A stretch of 64,000 bases of DNA from Chara braunii (lineage: Eukaryota > Plantae > Charophyceae), in assembly GCA_003427395.1 (NCBI GenBank), contig BFEA01000045.1, forward strand, positions 2,709,592-2,773,591, read 5' to 3'. Each line of letters begins with the position of its first letter. Position 1 is the stretch's first letter. Position numbers and translations under genes: made by a program. Of this stretch, positions 11,101 to 23,347 are shown piece by piece. Below the pieces are notes generated by a model. That model saw nothing but the letters and a program-made list of their open reading frames with translations, did no database searches and was not told the DNA's origin.

Positions 11101-14100
11101 GTGATTACTCAGCGGGAGAGGAGAAGGTTCTTTTGAAAGTCAAGACGGGTGGGCTAACCGTGGGGAGACGGACGAGCACGAGGAGGTTGCGAGTGTGCAT
11201 GGTCGAAGTGTGGCACAAACTATACGTGGACAGCCAGTGGTGAAGCGAGACAAGAAAGGGCATAGAGCGAGGCAAGGGAACGCGCGTAACGTGTGTTGAC
11301 GACAACCACTATTTGCATACTCATGTAAGACATGAGCTAACTACGATCGGCAGAGGGAGAAGGAAAAGTGAGAGAGGGGAGAGGAGCAGAGAGAAGTTTT
11401 ACGGGTATAGTGTCGATGGTGTCACTTTCGCTTCATCCCCCAGTTTGGCCTGCCATTTCGGGGGATATGTTTGTTTCTTCTCTTTTTTCTTGAAAGGTGT
11501 ATTCGGCCTCAACAGAGAGACACGACGGCTCGTCATTGCTTCTTGGTGTTCCTTTTTTTTTTCTTATCATTTCCTCAGATGATTCTGTTCTTACTAACCG
11601 GAGCCGGTGAGACACGTGAGCGGGAGAGATCGACAAGTGAGAGTTGTTGGCGAGCTCTGCTCACGACAACAGAACCTGGGGATGTCTGATGACTAACAGA
11701 GACCCACCAGGAAGGAAGGGGAGGTCGAGGACGTGGGAAAACTAGAGATTATGCATGAGTAACGTGCAACTCAGATTGTCAGTGGAGAAACTCGTGCGTA
11801 TGCCTGTATGAGGAGTTCCTAATGAATGATTTTTTACCCTCTTTACGGGTCACATTGAGCCATAGTGATTGAGAGCACGGGAAGCTGGTAACGTAGAACT
11901 CATGTATTGGCTTCTGAGTAGTGTATAAACTGAAGCATTGAAATGCGAAGGCTAGTGTCTCTTTATCCCCCACCACGCTGATCACTGCTCTTGTCTCAAG
12001 CTGTCTGTCTGCAGCTCATCCTGTTTGTCACACTGCGAACTTGGAAAATATGCATTGCTAATGACCATTGGTTTCCTGTGGATTCGTACCGTCATCGAAA
12101 GCCAATAGTTATTTTTCCGGAGCGACGATCAAACACGCCGGGTCTCGGATTCTTTAAGATTGAAGTATCGGACTCAAGTAATACTTCGTTTATCCTAGAT
12201 CCGGGTACCTGACTTCCGCCTACCTTTAATCTGAGTCTCTAAGTCAATACTCGATATTTTCCCCACCTTTTCTTTCTGTGTGTAATGCTTTGATTGATGT
12301 AATTTTGGGGGTGCTACGCTTTCGTGTTGTGTGGAGTGATGAGAACCACTATGCAAAACTGCACTATTTTCTGCTTATTGGAGTCTGATCGACGGTCAGG
12401 CAACATACTAAGACGTTGTTTTGGTTTGCTCCTTGTCAAGTGAAGTTCAGACGAGACCCTCGATGTGCCATGACAACTGATAAAGCCTTATTCATGTATA
12501 ATTTTTGTGGGTTCCCTCGCTTACCGGAAAGTGGACAAACTAGTTTCCTGATTTTGATTAGTAAACTAGATGGGGAGCGCTATTCTTTTAATGCTTACTA
12601 TCCAATGATCTCAATTAATGTCGCTATGACTTTGGTTTCTGATAGCTAACTAGAGAAAGGGAAATGAGAGGGATCATTCGATTGAGAACGCCTCTGGAAA
12701 CCAGTTCCCAACAGCGAGGACCAGGCAAGAGTCACCTAGACGGCTTTTGAGAAAACTGGTTTGTCATTGAGCGGAGGGGTTCGACCACTAGACATTGAAT
12801 AAGACCAAGGGTCACTCGATTAAACTGGCCTTATCTCTATTCCCGTTTTCTTCTGCCCTCATTTTGTGGGTAGTGCCCTACCCAGTGCCCTGTTTGTCAG
12901 AGCCGAAAATTGCCTGGGACTGGGAGTCAAATAAGCCGGGTGGTTTTTGTTTAGTGATGAGAAGAGGGGAAAGGGAAGCTGGAAAGTCTGCCCTGACGTT
13001 TGACTGAGTCGGGGCTAATTTGTCCCTTTTAGTAAATTGCTGATGAGACGAAGGCACTCAATCATAAGGAGTATTGCTTACCAATTAGTTAAATATTTGC
13101 TTGACGGTGATTAATCGACGGTTACTCAGACATAGGTCCTGCATGTGATGTCCACGAACATGACTCTGATAAGTGATTAGCACAGTATGCTCTGATGTGA
13201 CCTATGAGTTTGAAAAGCAAATCATGGTTGTGCTATTCACGCACTGAGCTCGGGCACCAAGCGTAGATCTCTGGCTACGGACATCACCACGGGTCATTTC
13301 CTAGGGGAAATACGCTCAATGGATGGAAGACCAGTTAAAAATGTGTTGCAGTTCAGGACAAGCCTAAAAACAACCTGAGTAGGAAATATCAAGAGTAGAG
13401 AGCAAAGCTTACCCTTTCCTCTACACTATTCGACTAGTCCAATGACCTGTTATAAGTCAGATAGTTGGAGGGGCGTGAGATCAAACCCCCATACTTTATC
13501 TTTATTCGTAAGGGCTAGCCAGACAATTAAGAGCAGTGGTTTTCAAGGCCCGAAAAGGGTTGTTTCTCCTTGAGCTAATACTATTCTGGGTCATGTCCTG
13601 TCAGACGAACAGAGCAGTTTTCAAAAAAAAAAAAAAAAAAAAAAAATGCAGCAAGGGGACGAGCCCTGCTGTCTGATGATAAAGATATCGCGGCAGATTG
13701 AACCCTTAATAATGAGCCCAATGTCAAGGCTGTTGACCGGGAGGGCAAGCAAAATATTTTAATCAACCCAGATTGGCGACCACGAGGGACAGTGAGGTAT
13801 TAGTAGTAAAGAGCAAATTATTCAGAGACAAAAGAGAGGGTTGGGAGGAAGAGGCTCTAAGAGATACAGAAAAATACAGACTAGCCCAGAGATAGTTCGC
13901 GGTTGGTATAGTAGGAGGGAGGAGGTACATCGAATATGTGATCTACTTCTACGGATTCGATAACAAGCTGCATAGTACCAGTTCCTCGCTAGAAAGCGTG
14001 GAACAGGCCAGGGCAAGACTTGCATGAGTTCTGCAGCACTCTAAACACCGCGCAGTGGTACATGCGAAACTCTGTCAACTTCTGGTGGCAACCAATTGAA

Positions 14101-14133
14101 CCCTCCACCTGCAGCAAGGCAACATAGTAAACC

Positions 14134-14250
14134 ACGACTTTCAGACAAGTACTCAGACAACTTTCAGACAAGTACTCAGACAACTTTCAAACAAGTACCT
14201 AGACAACATTCAGACAAGTACTCAGACAACATTTGGGCAAGTACTCAGAG
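14134..14250 (+). repeat. ~21-bp tandem repeat (TTCAGACAAGTACTCAGACAAC-like), about 5 copies
   Basis: Repeated CAAGTACTCAGACAAC motif visible. Confidence 0.8.
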
Positions 14251-14714
14251 CAACATTCAGTGCTCAAAGCAGTACTCCGTGCAGGGCTCCTGGCAGTGTT
14301 CAGAACTGTATCCTGCGGCCACTCAGTCATTACTTAACCATTATGTTAATCGCCTCTCAGCCATCAACTTAGTTAGTATTCAGTAACCGGCCAACAGTTA
14401 GAAACAGTACATTGGGACAGGCGATTATGGCAGCATCGATTAACCGGTAACTGAACTGCGGATGAGCAGCAATCCAATCAGCAAACAGTCAGCAAAGGAC
14501 CAGTAGTCAGCCAACAGATGATCAGTGTTCAAAACAGTAAACATTTAGACATTCAGACCAAAGATCAAAGGAAGAAGGTGCTTAGACTCAGTACTCATCT
14601 AGATCTCAGGGACCGCAACCAGGACAGTACCTAGAATGGTGCACTGAATGGCGAGAGTACCTTTGGGGACGACATTCCTTGCACTCATGAGTACAATTCA
14701 GTCTACTCACGTCA

Positions 14715-15329
14715 GTGCTGGCCAGTCTCAATCGGATTTCATGCAAGGAGGCATTCCATTATCAGTATGTTAGTGCCATTGGTTTTAGACAGGGAGATCT
14801 GTCAATCTTCATTGTCCAGACCAGTTTTGCTGATGGCACTATCCATGATCTGAGGCCTTACCTGAAGAAGGGCAACGAGACTCATGAGCTTTTTGATCCA
14901 GTCTGGATCTCAGCCACCGAATACCTTGAGCAGAGAGAGAGGGAGCTCGATGAGAGTGGCACTACTCTGATCCGCAGCTTTGGGCCGATGCTTTATACTG
15001 ACTATCCTAGGCCTCCAGTCCCTTCTCTTCTCACAGATGGCACAAGTTGGCTGGATCTGATTGGTATGGCAAAGAGGTACATCACTCCTGCAGTGATCGA
15101 CGTTGAGGCGCTGACCGAGCCCACCGAGTATCCCTACCTCAGACGAGGAGTCTTCTTAGTGGACGGACTGCCTACTTTATGGAGGAGTTTTGCTCCATGG
15201 TTAACTACTGTGTCATGTGCCTTGGATGGTCATGCTCAGAGCTTGCTGGCTACAAGTGGCATTTTGTCACGGAGCCTCAATCTCAGATTGTACGTGGGCG
15301 TGGGTCTCGGCACCAGAGAAGATCAGTGA
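14715..15329 (+). CDS. Unknown ~200-aa ORF carried inside the 8152-15819 insertion
   Basis: Open for 204 codons, protein-like composition, followed by a T-rich 3'UTR-like stretch. No motif recognised and the start is uncertain. Confidence 0.4.
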   Translation: MLASLNRISCKEAFHYQYVSAIGFRQGDLSIFIVQTSFADGTIHDLRPYLKKGNETHELFDPVWISATEYLEQRERELDESGTTLIRSFGPMLYTDYPRPPVPSLLTDGTSWLDLIGMAKRYITPAVIDVEALTEPTEYPYLRRGVFLVDGLPTLWRSFAPWLTTVSCALDGHAQSLLATSGILSRSLNLRLYVGVGLGTREDQ

Positions 15330-15819
15330 AAAGAGATTGAAAGAGACTGACCAGAGGGATGAGTGAGGACTCCTGATAGGTGCTGACCATTCTTGTTTAT
15401 GTGTACTTTCTGAGATTATTATGAGTTCTCATTCTTCCCTCATTCAATTGCCTTTGTCTTTGCTCGAGTTAGTCAGTCTTATTTCCTGCATTATTCTTGT
15501 TTGATGATTGCCTTCGTGGATGTTTTGTCACAGTTCTCAAAATCAGATTGACATAATTGATGCATACATAGCACCCCATAATTTTATGATTGTTATTTGC
15601 ATAATTCTTTGTTGTTCCGAATCAAAATAAAAGATTCCTAAGACCGGGGACCGGCGAAGACCGCAATTGAAGGGTCTCGCTCGAAGCCGGACGCACACAA
15701 CTGGAAGGGATTTGCATTATTTAATTTATTTTATTTATTGCAATCATATACAAAATCCTGCGTGACAGCCTGTTGGCTTTCCGGTCGCTCGAGGTGGCTC
15801 GGCTGGAAAAAGTGCGACG

Positions 15820-16785
15820 ACGTGTCTTCGAACCCCTTAGACCTACGCGGGTACTGGGGTCGGGGCACCTCGTCCACCTTGACCTCGCGGTTATGCCTGT
15901 ATCAATGGATGGATACAGGTATATCTTGGATGCAAGGGACAATCTCAGCGGTTACGTGGAGGCAGTAGCTCTTAAGAGAAAGACGGGGGAGTGACCGATT
16001 GGATAGAAGACTTCTACCTTAGGCACCCCTTTGTGTGCAGATTCATAGCAGATAATGGAACGAAGTTCGTTAACCAGGAGGTGTTGGGTAGGCTTAAGGC
16101 GTTGTGCGTACCTATCAAGATCATCGAACCATATCACCCTGAGGCTAATGCACCAGTAGAAAGGGGGCACCTGACCTTGAAAAACACAATCGCCAAGTTG
16201 GCAGTCGATGACCTGGGGAACTGGCCGCGGTACCTTAAGCAGACAGTCTTCTTTGAGAACATGACACCAAAGAGGACGACGGGGTGCATTCCAGCGGAAC
16301 TCTTGTATGGAAGGGAGATTGATTTCCCGGTGGAGGCTCTGGTCCCTACCTGGAATAGGTTAGATGATGATCCGCACTTGTCCACGGAAGAGTTAATCGC
16401 CGCACGTTGCCAACAGGTCGTCAGGAATGAGGAGGCACTGGAGGAAGTGGTTAACCGTGTGATGGATAGCCGAATGAGGGACAAAGCAAGGTGGGACGAG
16501 GTGAAGAATATCCGGAAGGAGCTGCTCCAAGTAGGGGAAAAGGTGCTGGTTAGGAACTCGGCTCTTGAAAGCACGTGGTCTGGGCAGCTGGGAAAGAGGT
16601 TCAAAGGGCCCTACAAGATCGCTAAGCGGGTGGGATTGAATACGTTCGAACTTGAGGATCTTGATGGCACTAGCATAAGAGGGTCATTTCCGGGACAGAG
16701 GCTGGTCAGGTTTTTGAGCAGGGATCCGGTGGAACAATGGTTACATGAGGCTCAGGACAGGGAAATAGGGGAATTGACAACCTGA
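15820..16785 (+). pseudogene. pol: Ty3/Gypsy integrase core and C-terminus (DDE, GPY); no chromodomain seen
   Basis: VHLDLAVM, YILDARDNLSGYVEA, FIADNGTKF, PYHPEANAPVERGH and FKGPYKI; frameshift near 15990. Confidence 0.95.
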
Positions 16786-17123
16786 AAGACAGGCAGCTGG
16801 CTATGATTCTATACTGCCTCCCTGCGGAAGTGATCATGATTGCAGGGAATTGTTTGTTTTTGTGTCTTCTTTCCCTTGGGGCATGGGATGACTGCCTTGG
16901 CTGAATATGAATGAGGATGGGAGCATTGGACAATGTACCATAGTTTTTGTGGGTCAATTTTGGGGACTGTCTGCATGGGGTACCTACGTGCCGAGACGAT
17001 GTGCCAAGGGTTCTGAGGGATAATAGGATTACCAATTATATGGGCGCAAGCAAGGGTTCTGGGGAAGCCTGTAATTCTGCAAGAGGGAGTGGAGGGGAGT
17101 ATGTGTGCGTATGAGGGGATGTC

Positions 17124-17795
17124 GTGACTGTTATGTGTGGACGTGACCAGGAAAGGAGAAAACAACAAGAAAGAATAAAGATGGAGTTTGGGAACGAAAA
17201 TGACAGCAACGCCATCAACAGGCCTAATGAGGAACAGCCGACAAGACAGGCTGGAGAGTCAAGCTCCAGAAAGAGGAAGTTGTATGTGAGATTTGACCAC
17301 AATTTGGTTTTGAATAGAGGGGGGATAAAGCAAGGGATTCGGGGGCCTTCACCTCTCAGAGGGGGGGAGCCAATAGTTCTCCCTTCAGATAGCGATGATA
17401 GTGAAGAAGAGGTTGGGAACCCGGGGAAGAGACAGAAGGTGGAAGAGGAAGAGTCCATCGAGGTCATAGACCTCAGCAGTGAGGAAGAAGAAGATGAAGT
17501 TACAACATCCACAAGAGAAGTACGGGAAAGAGAGGAGGACCTGGGGGAAGAAAAGGACAAGTGGATAAGGGAACTTGGGCCGACTTTCAGTGACTGGTTC
17601 GATCAATGGGCTAGTATTTTGCGGTACGACTGGGCGATGAGAGGGAAAGAAAAGTTGAGTAGAGGAGAAGACATAACGCCCACAACCTTCTTCACAGAGG
17701 AGGAACTCCTTGGCTTACGAAGGACAAAGAGAAAGATGCAACAAGAGATTGATGATGGTGCAAGAGAGGCTCAACGCAGGGCAACTGGGCAGTAA
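17124..17795 (+). CDS. Sense 3' accessory ORF (223 aa), charged, with NLS-like and SIM-like motifs
   Basis: Open frame downstream of pol; basic clusters RKRK and KRQK; IEVIDLSSEEEEDE and PIVLPSDSDDSEEE; Trp-rich helical C-terminal part. Confidence 0.5.
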   Translation: MTVMCGRDQERRKQQERIKMEFGNENDSNAINRPNEEQPTRQAGESSSRKRKLYVRFDHNLVLNRGGIKQGIRGPSPLRGGEPIVLPSDSDDSEEEVGNPGKRQKVEEEESIEVIDLSSEEEEDEVTTSTREVREREEDLGEEKDKWIRELGPTFSDWFDQWASILRYDWAMRGKEKLSRGEDITPTTFFTEEELLGLRRTKRKMQQEIDDGAREAQRRATGQ

Positions 17796-18729
17796 AGGGG
17801 TAGTAGACAGAACAGGGAATAGTTAGAGAATGGGTAGGGCTGGAACCTGGGCAGGCAGAACTGCCATTTTTAGTCTTGCATTTGAACTTTCTAAGAATGG
17901 ACTGCAATGAGACAACTTTCTAGTTTCAAATAGCTAAGGATTGAGCAGCTTCTTCAGAAAGGGCATGGGGGTCATTGCACTCAAGAGTAAAACAACGAAA
18001 GGCTGGGTTTGTTTAAAAAAAGCAAGGGAAAAACAGATGGGCCTAGATGAGACAAGTCTGTAATGTTGTTTTTTGCATTCGAACCTTGTCTCCTTTTTTT
18101 TTGGAAGAGCTGCGACATAATAACTCCTTGGACTGGGGAAGTTAGCAAGGGATGGGTAGTCAGTGCTACTTTGTATAAGTACTCGCTCCTTTGGAAAACA
18201 TGGACATTTTTTGTAGTAGGAAGGGAACTGGGAATGATTGACTCTGTTTTGGGAGACGGACGAGGGTATGTGAATCGTCGAAGAATGAAAAAAGTCGATG
18301 GCAAAGAGTTTCCTTTTGAGAATTGTGTATTCATGGTTCAACGAGTCATGGCATGAGTTCTTGCGAGAGATTAGGGGACCTATGGGTGAAGAAGCATGAG
18401 AAACCCGCTTCCTTAGGAGCCTAATCCAACCTATCCCAGACAAGTCCAGAGCAGTGATAAGGCATGAGAGATCAGAAAGAGGAAACATTGGTTGAGCAAA
18501 TAATCTCCGCAATGGTTGACCGGCCGGGCGGGCTAGTGCTGCTTGGGGTTGTGAGCCTCAAATTGAGCACTAGACGCTAAGTCGGGTGTATGTATGAACA
18601 TGAGAATGGTGAATGACACGAGACAAAAGGGCAAAGGCATGCGTAAAACCCAAGAGATGGCCACCTTCTAACCTCCGAGACGGAGATAGGATCCGTTTCC
18701 TCGAGGTCCATCCCCTCGGGCGCTAACAT

Positions 18730-19285
18730 TGGAAATGGATAAGGATGGCCCTAACCAGGCTGTCCGAATGAAATGGATGAGGATGGCCCTAACCAAGTTG
18801 TCCGACTGAAATGGATAAGGATGACCCTAACCGGGCCGTCCGATGAAAATAGATAAGAATGGTCCTAACCAAGTTGTTCGACTTGGAATTGGAAAGAACG
18901 ACCCTAACCAGGTTGTTCGGAATGACCCCGGACAAGGGTCATTCTTTGGAATTGGCAGTGGGGTCCCCTTGCATGGTTGCTTGAGAAGGATGAGATTGGA
19001 AAGAGCTGAGTCTTGGAAAAGATATTGGACTGAGCTTTGAAAAAGGATACTGGACTCAGCTTTGGAAAATATACTGGACTTAGCTTTGGAAAGGATATAG
19101 ATTTCAACCTTGGAAGAGATATTGGAATGAGCCTTGAAATTGAAGCGAGCCTCGGGATTCGATTGAGCTTTGGATTTGGATTGAGCCTTGGATTTGGATT
19201 GAGCTTTAGATTTGGATTGAGTCTTGGATTTGGATTGAGTCTTGGATTTTAATTGGGCTTTGGAATTGGAATGAGCATTGGAAAT
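18730..19285 (+). repeat. Cluster of minisatellites (~40 bp, 24 bp and 18 bp units)
   Basis: AAATGGATAAGGATGGCCCTAACC... about 5 copies; ATACTGGACTCAGCTTTGGAAA 3 copies; GGATTTGGATTGAGCCTT about 6 copies. Confidence 0.85.
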
Positions 19286-19380
19286 TGCATTGCATAAATA
19301 GGGGACCCTAGGCAACTTGAAATGAAAATGGAAATAGCCTTGAAATGAATTTCTCTTTTTTTCTAGTCCTTGGCCTCAGC

Positions 19381-19396
19381 AAGAGGGGGATACCGG
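19381..19396 (+). promoter_or_regulatory. Putative polypurine tract and degenerate start of the 3' LTR of the first Gypsy element
   Basis: AAGAGGGGGA followed by TACCGG, two transitions away from the TGTCGG start of the LTR-like insertions at 8152, 30993 and 62224. Confidence 0.45.
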
Positions 19397-20254
19397 TGCT
19401 CGCACTGCGACCTCAAGACCTCTATCCCTTTGAGGGAAAAAGTCTCAGTGCAACCTGTTCCTCTTAAAAGGGGATGAGGGTTAAAGGACCAAGGCACCTA
19501 CCACTTGAATCAGTGCTACCCGTCCGGAACCAACTCCAACAATGAGCTTTAGTCGGGGAGTTCGTACCGCGCCTCGTGTTAAACGACTAAACATCAAACG
19601 GTGAGAGAACCAAATAGGCGAGAGAGTCATTCTTATTCTAGTCTATTTTGCTACTCTCCAACCACACACCATACCATAGAGGGGTGGCATGGCCGTTTGG
19701 GTCGGACCTCGGCTTCCCGCAGTAAGTTGGGTAGCACTGTCCAAGGGGAGAGGCTGGCGTGGTACCGGGTGGAGGTCGCCACCACCACGGGGAATTGACA
19801 CTGCCCTGCCGGAACATTACAACCGTTTCGGAACTAATTGCGAGGTCTTCGTAACTGAACTCGCAGACTAATAGAGAGCCCCAACTCTCTTGAAAGGAAG
19901 AGGCCGGATCCAGAAAATTACCACTCGGGAGGAACAATTTACGAGGAAAGCTTTTACGGCTAGACGAGGCCCTGGAAGACTTGGAATGGACCTGCCCGCC
20001 AGACGTGAGGAGGAACCTCAGTATTGGTGTTCGCCACGTGAGAGAAAAAAGGTCGGACCGAGTAGGAGGATGCGGCGTCGTTCGCTGGGGAGAAACTGAT
20101 CACTCTTCCTCTTGTGAAGCGGACGGGCTTGTGTCCTTGACTGCGGTTGGTGGGCCAAAGGTCTGCATAACCTCCGAGTGAAAACCAGTTGCGCGATTGG
20201 GACATCGCGTTTTGAGTGGGGGGAAGGTGTGTCATCTACCAATGAAAACACATG

Positions 20255-20640
20255 CAAAAAAATTGTGTAATTGGCTTTGCATGGGCCTGAGAAAAAGGGG
20301 TCTGGCAAGATGCCCAGAACATAAAAGAATTGTGTAATTGGCTTTGCGTGAGCCTGTGAAAAGGGGACCTGGCAAGATGCCCGAAACAGAAAAGAATTGT
20401 GTAATTGGCTTTGCGTGGGCCTGAGGAAAAGGGGCCTGGCAAGATGCTCAGAAGAGAAAAAGACTTGTGTGATTGAATTGACATGAGCTTGAAAATGGGT
20501 CGGGCGATACGTTCGAAAAGGAAAAGACTCGTATGATTGGCTTTGTATGGATCTGAGAAAAAGGACTGGCAGGCTGGGGAACGGATGAGTAATTGGGGTG
20601 CATGGGCCTGAGAAAAAGGTCTGACGAGGCATCTGGAAAA
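20255..20640 (+). repeat. ~65-bp tandem repeat, about 6 diverging copies
   Basis: Unit AATTGTGTAATTGGCTTTGCGTGGGCCTGAGAAAAAGGGG...GGCAAGATGCCC. Confidence 0.8.
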
Positions 20641-21989
20641 GAGATGCACAAGGGATGAACCGAGCATTGCACATGGAACGTCAATTAAGTAAAGGGCAAG
20701 AAAGGACGGAGGGTGATATGCATGCGGAATTGGCAGGACCTGATGAAGGGCGGGAAAAATGACCCGGGGGAAATGTATGTGGATTTGGCAAAACCTGAGC
20801 TTCGGGGACGGGTGAAGGGAAAACATAGATTGCACAGGCCGAAAAGTAGATTATTTTTTTATGTTCTAAGAGTAATGAATGAGACGAAACCAAAATGGCC
20901 TCTGCTCGAGAATGTTTTCTCAATGAAATGGGAAGATAGATTTAAGATTACGAAGCACTTAGGGGGCGTTGTACCTGTGTCCATTGATCCGAAGTGGGTA
21001 TCACCATAGCAAAGGCGGCGGTTGTACTGGACGAACATACCCCTTCCGGAGCAAATGCCTGACATTGAGTCACATCCGAAAACTAGCCTACAATTTGTTA
21101 TCAACAATGCTAAGGCATAAAATAAGAAAACCAATTGTGTTATGACAACAAATGGTCATCCTGGGAATAAAGCCAGCATGAAGCACATGAAGCAAGGAAA
21201 GCCTCACCTGCTTCATGTTACTGAAGTCGAAAGAATTATGGGTTGCCCTGCTGCGTATATAGAGTTGACTGAAGAGGAAGTTCACATCTCGATAGAGGGA
21301 AAGATAAAGAGGCAGTGCTATGATGGAAATGAGCAATCTAGTCTAAGCTGTAGAGGGAAAAGAGAACCTTTGACTCCTCCCATACCCTCCTCCGCCCCAA
21401 GGGCGGAAACCCAAAAGAAATCCATGAGAAAACGAATGGGAAAGGACAAAAAGAACCCTGGCAAGTTAACTGTCCGTCTCACCCCACCCCCTCTTTCCTC
21501 TGTCCACAAATCCAAACCCTACTAACTATGGATTGGTGCGCGATGAGGACATCGTGAATGAATGGGGGGAATGTGTCGGGACTGGTGAGTCTCGAATGAC
21601 TTCCCGTCACTCAAGAGACTTTATTTGGCCAGTTTGTGCACGACAGAGAAAATCGGAGGTAAGAAGGAGGGAAGGATTGGAGGCATAGGCACAGGCACTA
21701 GGAACCTAGAGGCTGCCCAAAGTCGTTGGGACCATTGAACCAAGAAGAAATTGACGGAACAAGGAGCAGCAAAGGACCGCGAGGAAACGGTAAAGGGGAA
21801 CCTTCCCCGAAATAGAGAAGGACCGCTGGAAAAAGGTAGTGACGTAGGAGGCGCGCCGTAGAGAGAGAAAATAAGCAAGGGAGAGGGAAAAATAGTACAT
21901 AAAGCACCGGCGCGAGAGGGTGAAGCCGGGTCAGGCGACCACCACGACGCAGCGGCAAAGGGGCCGTGGGCCAGGAAAGAAAATACCAT

Positions 21990-22370
21990 GCCGGCAGGAC
22001 AAAGTACTGGGGACCGCGTGAGATCGAGAGAAAATACGGTACTGGCGGGACAAAGTCCCGGGGACCGCGTGAGATTAAGAGAAAAATGTGTAACTAGCGG
22101 GACAAAATGTCGGGGACCTCATGAGACCAAGAGAAAATGTGGCACCCATGGGACGAGTGTCGGGGACCGCGTGGGGCCAAGCAAAGATGCAGCACCTATG
22201 GGACCGGTGTCGGGGACCACGTGAGGCTAGGCGAGAAATGCAGTATCGGAACAAGTACTAGCGGGACCACCGGCGGGACAAGTACCGGCGGGACCACTGG
22301 CGGGACAAGTACCGGCGGGACCGCTAGTGGGACTAGTGCCGGGAACTGCGGAACAAGTGCGGGGACTTGT
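21990..22370 (+). repeat. GC-rich tandem repeats (~48-55 bp grading into ~27 bp units)
   Basis: GCGGGACAAAGT..CGGGGACCGCGTGAG and GGCGGGACAAGTACCGGCGGGACC units. Confidence 0.75.
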
Positions 22371-22820
22371 GACGTCCCAAGGAAAAATGGTGGCGCGGTA
22401 CGTGGTGCAAATAATTAAAGCAAGTTGCACCGTCAAGATCGGGGATCTTGACGGCCAAAATTATTAGCACCACTAGTGCAAGTGAAAGCAAGCGGGAGGG
22501 CCAAAAGAAAAATAAAAAGTAAAGAAAACAAGTGCTAGAGGCATGGGAGCAATCTGAAAAATCTCGGATTGGCCTCCCCCAAGAAAATGAGGCCAAAAGA
22601 GCCAACGTGAGAAGAATAGGCTCCACGGAAAAAATCGGTGCATGGGGGCCTACCGTTTGGGAGAGAGGAGGCTAACGATGACTCTCAAGGGCATGGAAGT
22701 GCTACAACTGCAGTTCGAAAAATAACGGACTGACCCTTGGGCATAGGAAGGGCCAAAGCTAAAAGGAGGAGGCAACAAAAGGGCCTTAACGGCTAGTTGA
22801 CACTTCACATGCAAAAAAAA

Positions 22821-22852
<32 letters not shown>

Positions 22853-22854
22853 AA

Positions 22855-23347
22855 CGGGAGGTGAGGGAGGATGAGTGAGTTGGCCGTCGGTTGGAACTGC
22901 AGCAAGTGGGGATTGTCAAGTCCCAAAGTTTCCAAGAAAGGAGGAAAAAAAAAAGAAAAAAAAAAAAAAAATGGGAGGTGAGGGAGAATGAGTGAGTTGG
23001 TCATCGGTTGGGACTGCAGCAAGTGGGGATTGCCAAGTCTCAACTGTCCAAGAAAAGAGGAAAAAGAAAAGAAAAGAAAAGAAAAATGAGAAAAGGGTCA
23101 TAACGGCTAGTTGACACTTGACATGCAAAAAGAAAAAGAAAATAAAAATAAAAAAAAATGGGAGGTGAGGGAGGATGAGTGAGTTGGCCGTCGGTTGGGA
23201 CTGCAGCAAGTGGGGATTCCCAAGTCCCAACTGTCCAAGAAAGGAGGAAAAATAAAAGAAAAGGAAAATGGGAGGTGAGGGAGGATGAGTGAGTTGGCCG
23301 TCAGTTGGGACTGCAGCAAGTAGGGACTGTCAAGTCCCAACTGTCCA
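22855..23347 (+). repeat. Four copies of an ~80-bp core separated by A-rich spacers
   Basis: GGGAGGTGAGGGAGGATGAGTGAGTTGGCCGTCGGTTGGGACTGCAGCAAGTGGGGATT..CAAGTCCCAA at about 22856, 22973, 23160 and 23270. Confidence 0.85.

Larger units (their letters stand above)
8152..15819 (+). mobile_element. 7,668-bp insertion without gag/pol (giant solo-LTR or LARD-like) splitting the integrase
   Basis: Begins TGTCGG and ends GTGCGACG (expected ...CGACA). Flanked by ACGT at 8148-8151 and 15820-15823. Removing it and one ACGT restores integrase ...QERSSAR-VFEPLRPT.... No internal repeat of its start was seen. Homologous to the element starting at 62224. Confidence 0.85.

Noticed and set aside
10797-11304. 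Possible nested small LTR (TGTCGG at 10797 to CGACA at 11304)
   Set aside because: The flanks GATA and ACCA do not form a target-site duplication.
13040-13065. CTGATGAG possible hammerhead core (other CTGATGA at 5924, 11686, 13673, 20740, 41352 and 52866)
   Set aside because: No stem II followed by GAAA and no closing stems; several lie in coding frames.
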